Positions 34,775 through 48,130 of a stretch of DNA of 64,000 nt are shown here, one piece after another. The position numbers were made by a program, and so were the translations under genes. The DNA comes from Rhizophagus irregularis (lineage: Eukaryota), in the NCBI RefSeq assembly GCF_026210795.1, contig NC_089429.1, positions 1,178,001 through 1,242,000 of the forward strand. Direction: 5' to 3'. Within the stretch, counting starts at the first letter, position 1. Each line of letters opens with the position of its first letter. Below the pieces are notes generated by a model. That model was not told where the DNA came from and made no database searches. It saw only the letters and a list, made by a program, of their open reading frames with translations.

Positions 34775-35715
34775 CTTTCTTTATGGTGTGGTGAAACTAC
34801 ATTATATCTTATTTCCTTCATTCAACAAAATTTAAACCGACCAATTGATGTATTCGAAATTATGCAACATACTACAATGAATTGGGCTTTTGGGTATAAA
34901 TTTGGCGTAAGAGTTTAAAAATTTTTTTGTCATGTTTGTCATGTTTATTTTTTTTACAAGTTATTACTTACATAAAATCAAATATAAATATATATAGTGT
35001 TTAGAATCTGAAGAAACTCCTCATATAATACGTTATTGTGTCTCCTTTCCGTCGAATATTTCGTTGATAAATAGATTACATATAGAATCTAACAGAAAAT
35101 TCATGAATGTGATCGAAGAATTTGATGGATTTATTTTTGATATTATAGAAATAAGAGAAATAAAATTAAGAAAAATCCCTATAAAAGTCATTATTTATTT
35201 AGAACTTGGAATTAATACTGATGTAAAACAATTAAGAGATGAGATGGTAAACATTTTTGTCGCAGGTCATGATAATAAGCAGATATGATATGCAATAAAA
35301 TTGTTTGAGCGAGAAGTATTAATTATCTCATTTAAATTTATTATTACTTTTTTTTAGCAACTTCGATGTCGTTGAGTATATCACTTTATTATCTTGCAAA
35401 ATATCCAGTAAATGATTTTTTAAAATTATATATATACATGTAATATATATGTTTTTTATTTTATTTAAATTTTGATGTATATTATAATTCAAAATAAATC
35501 AGAAGTATTAGTATTCTCGGTAAATATCCAAATATACTACCAGATTCGGATCAATTAAAGGTATTAAACCATTATAATCATTCCGCTCTCATATTTTACA
35601 AGGAATTGAAATGCGTTAGTGCAATAATTAGAGAATTCATCCACTGGTACCAATAATTACTTTTAGAAAATTAAAGAAACCAGTTAATATTGGTAAATAT
35701 ACTTTAAAAAAATAA
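34775..35715 (+). pseudogene. Cytochrome P450 pseudogene fragment with introns
   Basis: I-helix QLRDEMVNIFVAGHD, then SLYYLAKYP, K-helix-like ELKCVSAIIRE and PLVPIITFRKLKKPVNIGKY; frameshifted; no heme-binding FxxGxxxC seen. Confidence 0.72.
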
Positions 35716-36443
35716 AAAGGAGTGTCGTGTTTATTGGAAAAGTGCTCAAATATAATTGGATCCTTCCTAAAAATAGCTTTAATATAAAGGACAAATTATT
35801 ACAAAGGCCTTAATTTTTATTAAGCCCTATCGATTTAAAACTTATTTTTATGGAAAGAATTAATTGATAAAATATACATTATATATAACTATTTCATTAT
35901 TATTTTTTAAGACATTTTTATATTTTAGTTAAGTAAAATAACAAAATAAATTTGCTAATAAATTACGTAAAATAAACCAGACCAGATACCGTACATTTAT
36001 TCCCTTTCCCAGTAGATAACAAAATAATTTATATAAAGATTTATGCGTGACGCTAACCAAAAAATTTTTTTTTTTCGTACAAGATGTAAAATTTTTTATA
36101 GACAAATTAATTATGTGAAAAAGTAGACACGTACAGTAAGAAAAATAATAAAATTGAAAATCACATCCGAATTTGGACACCAAATAAAAAATCAAGCATT
36201 TATTTCAGTCATGAATAATTTTTTTTTGCTGATCGACGAAATCTTTTTCCTCTCGATTAATAAATTTAATTTAATATGTTTCATCATAGTTTATTATGAA
36301 AAGAAATTATTTTCCTAATAAATTAAAATAAGATTTTCAAAGGAAATTATTATTAAAAAATTCTCTTTATAAATAATTGACGAATCGTCAAAAAAAAGTA
36401 AATAATAATGATTGAATAAATATAGTATAGTGATATTTTATTA

Positions 36444-39075
36444 TTACCAAAAATTCCATTAAGGGCTGATGTTATAGATTTTGTTTCAAGATCGATGCTT
36501 TAAAGATCTGTACAAATGGCAGGTATTTATGATTCTTTTTTTATTTTTTTTGATACTTGTTTCTTTTTTTTGTTTTAAAGATATTGAAATTTTGTATTGA
36601 TTACTAGATGGAAAATAATCCGAAGGAAATGTTTATATTACATGCTGGTCCATCTTATGCTAATGGAAATTACACATAGGTAATTTTCATCAATTTAATT
36701 TAATTTTTTAATTTATTTATAAAATTTAATTATAACAACTGAATTTATAATATCTTTCAATATTTTATTTAGCGCGTGACCTTAAAATAAAATAAATTAA
36801 ATAAGGTATTACATGGATATAAATTGAAGTAAGTTCCATAATTGATACGGATTACTTTTTTGTATTCTTAATATATTTTATGTACGTTAATATTATTCAA
36901 GTTAAATTCCAAGGATGTGATTGTCATGGTTTATCAATTGAATTAAAAGCATTAACGGAATTAAGAGTAAGATTATTATTATTTTATCATTATCAATTAT
37001 AATGTGAAATAATTAATTTTTATAAAGTGACATTTTTTTTTAGGACGTTGATAAATCATCTTTAATGACATTGCAAATTCGTGAAGTAGCAAAAGTTGCT
37101 TTAGAAGCATTACAAATTCAAAGAAAAGAATTTGTTAGAGTATTAATGGAAAATCCTTACAGAACTTTGGTATGAAAAGCTTTTTACGATTTTTTTTTTT
37201 AATTTTCGTACGGTATTTTCTTAATAATAGGTTGATTTTAGATTAATGAATACGAAGTTAAACAGTTACAGGTGTTTTATTTGCATGATGGAGAAATGTA
37301 ATTGCTCTAACAAGCCTATTATTTTAAGGGTATATTAACAGGCAAAATAAACCCATACCCATACATCGATTTCCCTCTTCAAGGTAGTAGTCGTAAAATG
37401 TAAATTTGTATTTGTAAATTTATTCTCAAAAAATATTTGAATTTATTCTTTATAACCTTTTTTTTAGAACAGCTTTAGCTGAAGCAGAATTAGAATATCG
37501 TGATGACTATCAGAACAAATCTGTTTATATACAAAGTTCCCAGTAATTGATTCAAGTAAGTAAACATTAAGAATATGTTTTATTAAAAAGTTTATAATTT
37601 TATAATTAATTAATAATTTTTTTTTTTATTTTCAGTCTTAAATTCACAAGAAGTATTGAAAGATAATTAATACAACTGATATGAACGATAACTCTATGAA
37701 CTTCCTACGAATCAGGTTAAATTGTCCGTCTAATCAATGCTTTTTTATTTATTAACTTAATTATTTTGATCGTAATTTAACTAAATTTATTTAATTTATA
37801 CAGTTGCAATAAATCCAAATATAGAATATTTGATTTTTTGTCCAAATAATGATGCATCATCATTATACAAAATAATTATATAATTGCAACCAAAATAATG
37901 GATGCATTAAGAAAAAGTCTCTGAACTGGATTAAATATCAAATTTACATTCAAGGGTAATTATATATAATTAATGATTTAACTACTTTTTTTACTCATTT
38001 TTCATTGAATTTAACAAAATCAAATAATTTTTTATTGGGTCAGCAAACTTATTGGAACAACTTATATACGCCCAATAAGTGAAAAGCAATGTAGTGTTAT
38101 TGATGCTTCTCATATTACCGAAGAATCTGGTACAGGTAGATATTAAAAAAAAATAATAAATATACGTGATCTATTTATAGCAGATCTTAAAAATCTTAAT
38201 TATTAGGGTTAGCTCATCAGGTCATGGAATAGAGGATTATGAAGCCTGTAGAAATGCTTTACTTCAGAAGTAGGTGAATCTACATTTGAAGGCAAATTGG
38301 TGTTAACATTTAACAGATGGAATGTTGACGGTAATGGAATATTTTTAAAAAAAGAATTGTTTAATTAAAGAGGGATAAATATCCTTATGATTGGAGAACA
38401 AAAAGCCAAGAGCTACACCTCAATGGAATGGTTCGCCAATGTTGAAGCTACTAAACAACAAGCCAATGAAATTATTTGAGAATGTTAAATGGCACCTAAA
38501 TCTGGTAAATAGTTTATATGTGTGTATATTATTTTACTTTAAATTTTGTCAAAATAAAATTCACTTTTATTTTTTTTTATTATAGCGTGATATCGATTGG
38601 AACAATTTACTTTGACACGAAATGAATGGTGTACTTCACGTCAAAGATCTTGGGGGTTCCTATTCCCGTTTTTTTATGAATCAGAAACAGTTATTCCTCT
38701 GTTAACAGATTCTTCTATAGAACATATTATTGAAATCTTCAAAAAACATGAATCAGTTGGATGGTGGGAACTTGATGATCAAGAATTACTTGCACCTGAA
38801 TATAAAAATAATGGTAGTTATAACTAAGTTCAGATTATTATAATTTTAAAAATAATTTCATTTTAAATTATAAATAAATAAATGTTTGATTTTCATTTTA
38901 TTAAAATTATCTTAGATGGTTCAATCTTTATTATTGATTTCAGGTAAATAACTGATTTAAAAATTTCGTGTTTTTTATTTATTTGGATTAAGTTCAATTA
39001 AAATTTTTTTTTATTTAGTGGCTGTTAATGATAAAGCTTCGTATTCAACGTTAATTGCACATGGATTTGTTATGG
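36444..39075 (+). pseudogene. Isoleucyl-tRNA synthetase (bacterial/mitochondrial type) unprocessed pseudogene
   Basis: FILHAGPSYANGN-LHI (HIGH region), DCHGLSIELKAL, ENPYRTL, TALAEAELEY, HITEESGTG, RATPQWFANVE, RNEWCTSRQRSWG, YSTLIAHGF; introns retained; many frameshifts; ends before KMSKS. Confidence 0.85.
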
Positions 39076-39580
39076 ATGTTTTAGCGATCTTGGAAAAGAG
39101 CAGCAAATCACGCGATTAAATTTTATTTGCCCGAGGGAAAGGTTGCTCGAAAACCGTAGGTTTTATAAATAGAACTGGATACCACGTGATACGTTATTTT
39201 ATTTTAATCAAGGCGTTATTGGATTCATCTGAGTTGCTTGTTTCGCAGATGAGAAAATAGTTTCTTTTGAGAAGGTCTGGATTTCGTGTTCACAACCTCG
39301 AACTTACAACAAGATTGAAGACTTCACAAATATCGAAGACTCATCTCCAAAGTTCGGAACGGTTGATTAGTTTCGCATTTTTGACGACGGGAGTTAGGCT
39401 TGTCGGCAAGTAAATTTGGGACTGTTATACTTGAGGAATCTTAAGTGTTTTCGAGAATAATGGTACAGGTGAATTTGATAGTGTAGTGATTAAAATTTTG
39501 GGCAGCTTGATAAGGTATATAGATTAGTTTTTAGGATAGATTTGTTTAGATTTTTAGATTAGTTTGATCAAGCCATAACA
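39068..39580. mobile_element. Possible LTR of an LTR retrotransposon
   Basis: TG...CA ends with an 8-bp inverted repeat TGTTATGG/CCATAACA, ~510 bp, starting where IleRS similarity stops; flanks GATT/TATT are not an exact TSD. Confidence 0.4.
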
Positions 39581-40088
39581 TATTTGCATGAGATCGATCT
39601 TTTAGTTTTGTTACTTCGTTTTATTATACGAAGAATTTGGTATGGAGAGATCTGGTGATTATGACGTCTCTAGGATGGCAAGAGGGTCGCGGTAGGTATG
39701 GGCGTACCATTGCACGGAAATCCCGTTAGAATCCCTTGAGGTGAAGTGATGATAGGAAGAGCAGAGAGGGAGTGATTTACCAAATTTCAATGTGTTTCTT
39801 ATTTTTACTGAAAAAAAAAAGGATTTGTTATGGATGAACAAGGTCAAAAATGTCAAAATAATTAAGAAATATCATAAATCCTAGTACTGTAATTAAGGGT
39901 GGAAAGGTAAGAATAAATAACAACATAATGTAATAAATACGTATTTTTTTATTAATTAATTTATTATTATAGAACTGGCCAGTCAATTTGGAGAAAATAT
40001 TCGAAAATATCACAATACATCAATACATAATGTAAAATTATATGCAAAATCTTCAGAATTATTAAATTTATTACAAATACATGATAAT

Positions 40089-40489
40089 TTTTTATTTTTA
40101 TTTACATAGTACACCATATGACAAGACGAGAGTACTCTAAAATTAATAATAATAAAAGGGTCTCATTACAAGCATAAAGACGCGATAATGGCGTCGCCTA
40201 TAGGACACAGAAAAATAAAAATAAAAAAGAACACACTGGGACCGGGAATATGACCGAAAAAAGGGGAAGGGAAAAAGCGGAAGCTGAAAAAACCCTAAGA
40301 CGCCGAAAAAAATTGAAAAAAAACGCACTTACGCACTACCACTACCTACACCATTCCCCTACCAACATCTCGAATAAACACCACTTTCACCATCCGTGGA
40401 TCCTAAAAAATAAAATAAGATAAGAGGATGTAATTAGTCCAAGCGTATCTTACTAATTTTAATATTAAGCTAGGATTTTACACGACTAC
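40089..40489 (-). mobile_element. ~400-bp non-coding retroposon (SINE-like or LINE 3' end)
   Basis: TSD TACAAATACATG(A/G)TAAT (16/17) at 40072-40088 and 40490-40506; TTTTTATTTTTATTT tail at 40089-40103. Confidence 0.68.
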
Positions 40490-41121
40490 TACAAATACAT
40501 GGTAATGTAATACATATTACTGTTCATTAAGGGGAGCGTGTAGTCACGTGATTTATAATAAGACAAAAACATTTTCGCATCTTTTACATAATTCGCTTAT
40601 AATTCCAACATCTAGGGACATTTTATCATTTATTAATTTAATATATTTGAATTCTATAGGTATGTTTTCACATGTCTTTACAAAAATAATAACAAAATAA
40701 TAATTATTCAAACTAAAGTACTTTGTTCTTGGGCTTTTCATATTTTAAATTTTTACGCCATTGATAGAAATGACTAAGTCTTTATATTAAAAATTTATAT
40801 CATTTATAACCTTTTTAAATAAAATACTTATTAAATAAATATTTATTAAAACTTAATAATTTGTAGTATATATAATAAATTTGTAAATATCTTTATTTAA
40901 TAAATGAACAAGTTTAATATAAAAAAAAAGAATTATTTAAATTACAAACTAAGAAACTAACCTAATATTCTAATCTTAGTGTTTAAATAATTCAAAATTG
41001 ATTGTCAATAAAATTTGTAAAAATAGTTTAAATTCCATCTAAAAGAAAATAAGTAAATTAATAAATAAAAAAATTTATTATTTTATTATATTATTAATAA
41101 TATTAAAGAATAGACAAACCA

Positions 41122-43254
41122 TCAGGAATCTTGTTCCTCTGAACAAAGATTTGGATCATATCTTTCATCATCATCTATAAAAACAAAGGTAAAATAATGT
41201 AATTTATTATCTCAAATGAAATTCAATAAATATTTTGCTTACCTTCATTGATATAACGTTTTTTATTATAATCATTTTTATTATCTGTGATTATTAAAAT
41301 TATTAAACAAACCAAATTTAATAAGAGTTTTTTTTATTAAATTGAATTAGAATTAATTTATTAAATTTTTACTTGCCATTCTTTGTACTTTTATTAAACA
41401 TACTGTATAATTTTTTACCACCATCTAAAACTAAAATATTAAATAATAGTAAATATTCTATATAACATTCATTTTATTTTTTGAAGATTAATAATAAATT
41501 ACCTTTAAAAATTCCATCACTTTTTCCTATTATTGACATGTACTGATTACTTGATTCGCCAAAATCATCAACTAAAATAAAAACAATTATTAGCAAGTGA
41601 TGCGGAATATTTAATATAACTTTAATGATTACTTACTATTATGAGGAATGCTGAATTTACTATGAAATGCTATTAATAAAAATGGCCTTTTATTAAAAGA
41701 TTTTATAAATAAAGCTAAAAAAATCAATTTTATATTACCTTCTTGTTCTTCTATTATTATAAAAAAAGACAATATTATTAGAAATATAAAAAAAATATTA
41801 TATGGCCAATAATTATTATATAATTACTCTACCTTCTGTTGCATTTTTTGGTTCACGTAAATTTTTAAATATATGAATTTTACTTGTAAATAGTTTAGTT
41901 ACATTATTCGATTTTATTTTTAGTTGAGGTAATTCATCCGGTTTATTTTGATAATATGACATAATTTCATTCATCTTATTTATTACTGTTTCGGTATCAG
42001 GTCTTTTTAATGGATCAGCATCCCAACATTGTTCCATTAAACTTTTATATTCTGAAGGAATTTCTGATATAATTTTTGGTCTCATACCATCAATAATATT
42101 AATTGCAAGATTAGAATCATGTTCATAATTTATAAATGGTGGTTGTCCAGATGAAATTTCCCACATAAGCATTGCAATACTATAAATATCAGATGCCAAA
42201 GTATATCTTTTTCCAGCAATAACTTCTGGTGCTATGTAGGGAAGATTTCCATATATACTATCTAGTGGTTTATCAGGAGGCCCACAAAATCCAAGATCGC
42301 TAATACGCCAAGAATTATTAAACCGTGAGTATAATATATTTCCAAAATGCAAATCTCTATGAATTAAATTCTCTATATGTATATCATAAAGGGCATCAAT
42401 TATTGAAAAAGTGATTTTAATTCTTTCTTTCCATGTAAGTTGATCATGATTTTGTTGTAAATAATTTCTTAAATCTATATCCATTTTTTTCATTACAAGC
42501 ATATAAGTTCCATTTGATGGATCTTGTGTTAAACCAAAACATTGAACAATTGATGAGTGTTTGTTGCTTATTGTTAAATATGATCTAGCCTAAAAAAAAA
42601 AAAATTTTAATTATTAACAACGAATTTTGAATTTAAGTTCCTTAAATTTTTTGTATTACAAACCTCTTCAAACCAACTTTGATCTGCACTTTCAACATTT
42701 TCTAATTGTTTAAGTATTACTTTAATAGCTCCAACTCTTATTAATTTTCGTTCATTAGAATCCCATTCATCATATCTTCCATTAATCCAACCTGCTGTAT
42801 AAATTTCAGAAAAACCACCTCTTGTTAGATATTTAATATTTTGTAAATTATTATATGGGATCCATTCAACAATTTTACTTGGCATAAGTGTTTCCGTTTG
42901 ACATTTCTGAATTAAGTTATCAATATCATAATTTCCAGATGTCCAATTTGAAAAATTATATTTTAAATAATTTCGAACACAATATTCACAATATAATGTA
43001 GCTAAACATTTTTGGTTACAATTTTCACAAACTCTTCTTGTCCCTTCATTATAAAAAATTTTACTTTTGTCATAACTTTTATTACTAGATCTTATTGCTA
43101 CAATTTTTTCTTCTTCCGTAAGAGAATTATCAGCAAGAATTGTTTGTTGCATAAATTCATATTGTTTATGAAAATCTTTGTAAATATTATAATCAGTTAA
43201 TGCAGATGCTCTATTAAGTGCTGCATGTATTAGATCTTTTCGAATAGTGGACAT
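41122..43254 (-). CDS. Tyrosine-kinase-like protein kinase (spliced, micro-exon C-terminus)
   Basis: Exons 43254-42664 and 42589-41833, then small exons (41750-41739, 41669-41637, 41571-41503 and further) to TGA near 41122. Motifs LTRGGFSEIY, VILK, HRDLHFGN, DLG, YIAPE, SDIYS, CWDADPLKRP; N-terminal CxxC...CxxC and WTSGN..ID..IQ. Confidence 0.85.
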
Positions 43255-44141
43255 AATTATTATAAAGTATATTTAATAATTTATTTGTTAGAAAAAAAAA
43301 TAAGTTTAATTTTAATTTTGAAAAAAAAAGTCCGTTTATGATCGCTAGTTATACAAATTAATGGTGTAACTGTCAAACTTCCTTTGCACGTCCGAAATGT
43401 GTGACAGGTTAGGCCGATCACGGTGACAAATAATGTGACAAATAAGTTTTGACCACTAAAAAAATTCTATAATTAGTGTTTTTAAACTCGTGGCTGCACG
43501 TGATCAGGTGACGCGTAAACATCACTCCTTCCTATTATAGTTGTGATCGACACTAACCTGTTCACACATGCTTTGCCTTTACCATGTGACATTCGTGACT
43601 TGTGACACCACATGCACTATTACATAAATATACAAATAAAAAAAATAAAAAAAATTATTTTTCTTTTTTAGGTAAACTCCGTTATTAATAGTAATTGTAC
43701 ACGCAGTGTAAAATAAAATAAAATTTTAAACTGATATTTAATTTTTTTTTCCAATTTTTTTTTATTTAAATTTTTTTGTAATTTTAATATACCTTGGATT
43801 AAAAGTTTTTCTTTTCCCGATTATTTTTATTTTAACATTTAGTTATAATTATATTCCCTCTACTATTGTAGTGACAATGTTTCTATAGATAGTATCTTTT
43901 TATCGAAGGATGGGTTCTTAAGGGACGAACAGTTTTAGTTTGATAACATGAGAATATTATGTATTTTACTTCTTGTATTTTTTAGTATAGGATCAGCCAT
44001 TCTGACCATCGTTCTAAAGTTAATATAAAATAAATAAATTGAAGCATGTCATTCTTGACTTATTTAAAATCTTTTTTTTATTATCGCAGTTTTCAGAATT
44101 CTGTGTACGTTGTGATGATTGAGTGATTATGATTGCAGGAC

Positions 44142-44202
44142 GATTACAGGACGATTACAGGACAACATTGTCCGATTTTTGTCCAGTAATCGTCCTGTAA
44201 TC
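44142..44202. repeat. Short inverted repeat built from an 11-nt unit GATTACAGGAC
   Basis: GATTACAGGACGATTACAGGACAA...TTGTCCAGTAATCGTCCTGTAATC (one mismatch). Confidence 0.7.
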
Positions 44203-46054
44203 TAATGATTTTTTTATTAGATAGTCTATAGGGGGTAGCACAATTTTGAAAAGTGCGATAAATTTAATTCCAGCTAACATTAAATGAATAGCATAATAAT
44301 TTTTTTTTTTTTGGTAACCCGTGTTTGAACGCCTTGTGTACAAATAGAAATTTCCCAAAAACTATATCAGAAACTTTATTTATTTTTACAATAGAAGTTT
44401 TGACCATCAGATAGATATTTATATGATTCAAAATTATAAATTAAAACTAGAAAATGCAACTTGCTGGAGACTTCGTCCCCCGCATTTATTATTATTATAA
44501 AGTATTTATTGCACAAAAGGAAGAATTTAGCAAGAAAAATTCACGAGAATTTTTCTTAAAATCTGAGTTTTTTTGGTCCTGTCAATCCCAATTTTTTAAA
44601 ATTATATTTTTTTATGAGAATTGCTAAACATCGTCTGGGGTCTTCGATCACGTGGCAGATTTAATATTTTGATTGGCCAGATTGGCCACATGATCGCGTC
44701 ATGTTTTATTTCTTACGGGGATGTACAATCTTAACGTACATTGGTACATGTTTAACTGTAACTTTCGTAACTCTTTCTTCTTTTTCTCTTTCTTTGTTTA
44801 ATGTCAGACAAAAAGTTTATAAAAGCTGTAAATATCAAGTTTAAATAATTATTTAAGTATAAAATTTATTGTTGGTTTATTTTTAACTACTATATTAACT
44901 GGTTTTATTTTTTTGTTTATCTTCTTTATACAAAGATTAGAGCGTAATTTTGGTACTTTGGTCATTCTTTGAAGACTAAATAAAGTTGCTTAACAAGTAT
45001 AGCATTACTCAAATAATTATTTTTATTGAATTATCTTATATATTTGTGGAGTTATAATTATATTTTGTAAATATTAAGTGCATTATTATATTTATTTTAT
45101 TAGGAGATACGCGGTTTTATATTTATTAGGAGTTACGCGTTTTATTTTATTAATAAATAAGCAGACATAAATTTCAATGTAAAAATCGAACGAACTTATC
45201 ATTTTTTATTAATAAAGCATATTTTTATTGTATTGACTTTTAGAAAATAAATATATTTTTTTTTTATTAAATTTAAAAGTATAAAATTTTAAAAGCATGA
45301 AATCAATATTTTTTATACTTTAAAGTATGAAAATTTAAAAATTAAATTTTTCTAAATGTTACGCAAAAAAAAGCCGCTGATCACGTGATACATACATGGA
45401 AATTCTGATAAACATCTCACTAGTTTTTTTTTTGCTTTTTCTCCCACACACTTTTCGAACAAAAAAAAAAAATTTTTTTAAGAAATTAAGTTACACAGCT
45501 CAAGTTGTGATTCGTTAAACCACAGTAAATACATAACTGATAAACAGTATGGACATCGAATCACAAAGTAAGTCAATTTTGCATATTTTTCTTTCATATT
45601 ATCGAAGCTTTTTTTGTTTTAAGAGTACATTCTATATAATTTACACATGAAATACAAGTTAAAAATGAGAAAAAAAACAAGTTTTTGATTAAAATAGGTA
45701 TATCGTTGCATTTTTAATTATAGAGTTTATTTGATATAGAGTTTTATTAGAATTTATTTAATATAGAGTTTAACTTTATTTTATGAGGATAATATATTAA
45801 TATAGAGTGTTAAGTATAATTAGTTCGTTATTTAATTTATTATGTATAATAGTAATTTATCGTGTAGTATTGTATCATTTTTCTCGTTATTATTATTCTA
45901 TATTAAATAGTAGTATTCATCGGTATTTTTTAGTCTATTTTATTGATTATATGTAAAATAATTTTTTACTTCGGCCTTTATAGAATCAAATTTTTTTTTT
46001 ATTTATCGTTATCGTTTATCATAACCTAACTTTAAATTTTTCGTATTTATTTTA

Positions 46055-46997
46055 GTTCTTTTCATGGGATTCCCTTCCCGAACAATTAAAATCAGTCCTC
46101 CCCCGCGTCACTCATATTTAATCAAAAATTTTAATGTTTTATCACCATGTCAAACTACCGAGAATTTTGAGATTCCACAATTTGAACTGGATGCATTCGT
46201 AGATATTGACGATAAAGAAAAGAAGTCGTAAACGATTATAATAACTCAGGCCATGGAAAAGCGATATTGCAAGAATATGATTCACGCGTTTATTCTGTGC
46301 GTCGTAACTAATTTAATGAGTTGAGTACACGAAAGAGTTTTACAATCTGCTGAATTATGTTATATGGACGCTTCAGCATGATTTGAACCTTTAAATACAT
46401 CTATTATTCTTCGGTGCCCTTCCGCTTGGCTTGTTTATCACTTCAGATGAGTCCAAAATCACGCTAGAAAATTAAAATGATTCTTCCACAACATGCCTTT
46501 TTTTGGACATGGGCCACAAGTCGGCCCAAAGGTTTTTCTTACTGACGATTCAAGTGCTGAACGCAATGCTCTTGAATTATGTTGGCCAGAAGGTAAGGAT
46601 TCACTTTGAATCTAATTTCTTTTTTAAATTCGAAATGATTTACTGATTTTACTAAATTATTCAACTGAAAAATGCCAGAAATCCGTCTTCTGTGCACCTT
46701 TCACGTTCTCAAGGCATTCTGGAGATAGCTTCATGACTCGAAGCATCATATTAATAAAGAAGATCGGGACCTATCATGAAGATGATGAAAGAAATCCTTT
46801 ATACAAAGTCGGGTTCAGAAATGCATACGCATTACAAACAAATGTTTTATGGCCGGTATCCTCAACTACGCAAACATTTTGAGATTTTATGGGAACGCCA
46901 TTGTTTTATGCCACAAAATATTCCTAGTCGTAAAACAAGGAAAGCCAGTAAAAAGGAGCAAAAATCAGCCAAATTGAAGCAATGTATTGGTTCATAA
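46055..46997 (+). pseudogene. MULE transposase pseudogene
   Basis: CYMDASA*FEPLN, LGLFITSDES, GPKVFLTDDSSAERNALELCWPE, LLCTFHVLKAFWR* (D...TD...CxxH pattern of MULE transposases), with stops and frameshifts. Confidence 0.8.
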
Positions 46998-47779
46998 TAT
47001 TTATTATTATGATAGCATACATTTTTAACGTTTTTACAAAGCATTCATACTAATTTAAACCAAAGATATTATTTTATTTGATAGCGTTTATTTACACAAT
47101 GGCATTATGTTCTGATATAATACTTAAAAAATTTTAAAAATTCAAAATTTATAATTAAAATTTTAACCCTAATATATTTTAAGTTTTTTATCAATAATAA
47201 TATATTAAATTAATCGAATTTTTTTTTAAATAAACACTTACAATAATAATTTTTTTGCTTGAAATTAAATTAAATACTTTAAATTAGCGCGATAAGGAGA
47301 TTGTATGTATCACGTGATCAGTGGCACATATGCCGTCAACCTGTGTTCGAGGTTCGTTTCCTTGGTTTCAAGCTATTTTCTTTTTTTCTTTTATTTTTAT
47401 TTCTAACTTACATTCTTACACTTTGTTTCTTACTAACTCATTATTTTAGGTCCTTAAGTCCTTCCGGTTCTGCAATTAAGGTTCAGTTGTTTTGTTGTTT
47501 TTCACTTTACGTTTCGTTTCTTACTCATTTTTTTATTTATTTTTTTTTTGTTTCTATCTATATTTCGTTTCTTACTAACTTATTTTTTTTTTACTTTATG
47601 GTTTATTTTTTACTTGGTTTCCTATCATTATCTTTTGCTACCCAACCTCCTATCATGATCATTTTTTATTTTTTGTCCCTCATCATTTTTCACCTCCTAT
47701 TACTTCTCATTATTCCATCCTTTTCGTCTCCCATTATTTTCTATTACATCTTTTCAATTTTCCATTATCTCTTTCTCTT

Positions 47780-48130
47780 CTGTTTACTTCCCATCATTTC
47801 TTTTCGTCTCTCATCACTCCTTTTCGTCTTTCCATCATTTCTTTTCGACTCTCATCACTCTTTTTCGTCTTTTATGACTCCTTTTCATCTTCCATCACTC
47901 CTCTTCACTTTCCCATCACTTCTTTTCGTCTTCCATCACTCCTTTTCGTCTCCCATCACTCCACTTCATCTTCTCATCACTTCTTTTCGTCTTCCATCAC
48001 TCCTTTTCGTCTCCCATCACTCCACTTCATCTTCTCATCACTTCTTTTCGTCTCCCATCACTCCTCTTCATCTCCCATCATGTCCGATTTCTCCTTTTTG
48101 TTTCCTATCACTTCTCATTACTCTTTTTAC
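47780..48130. repeat. Pyrimidine-rich minisatellite, ~21-nt unit CATCACTCCTTTTCGTCT(T/C)C
   Basis: More than a dozen degenerate tandem units inside the MULE element. Confidence 0.85.
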
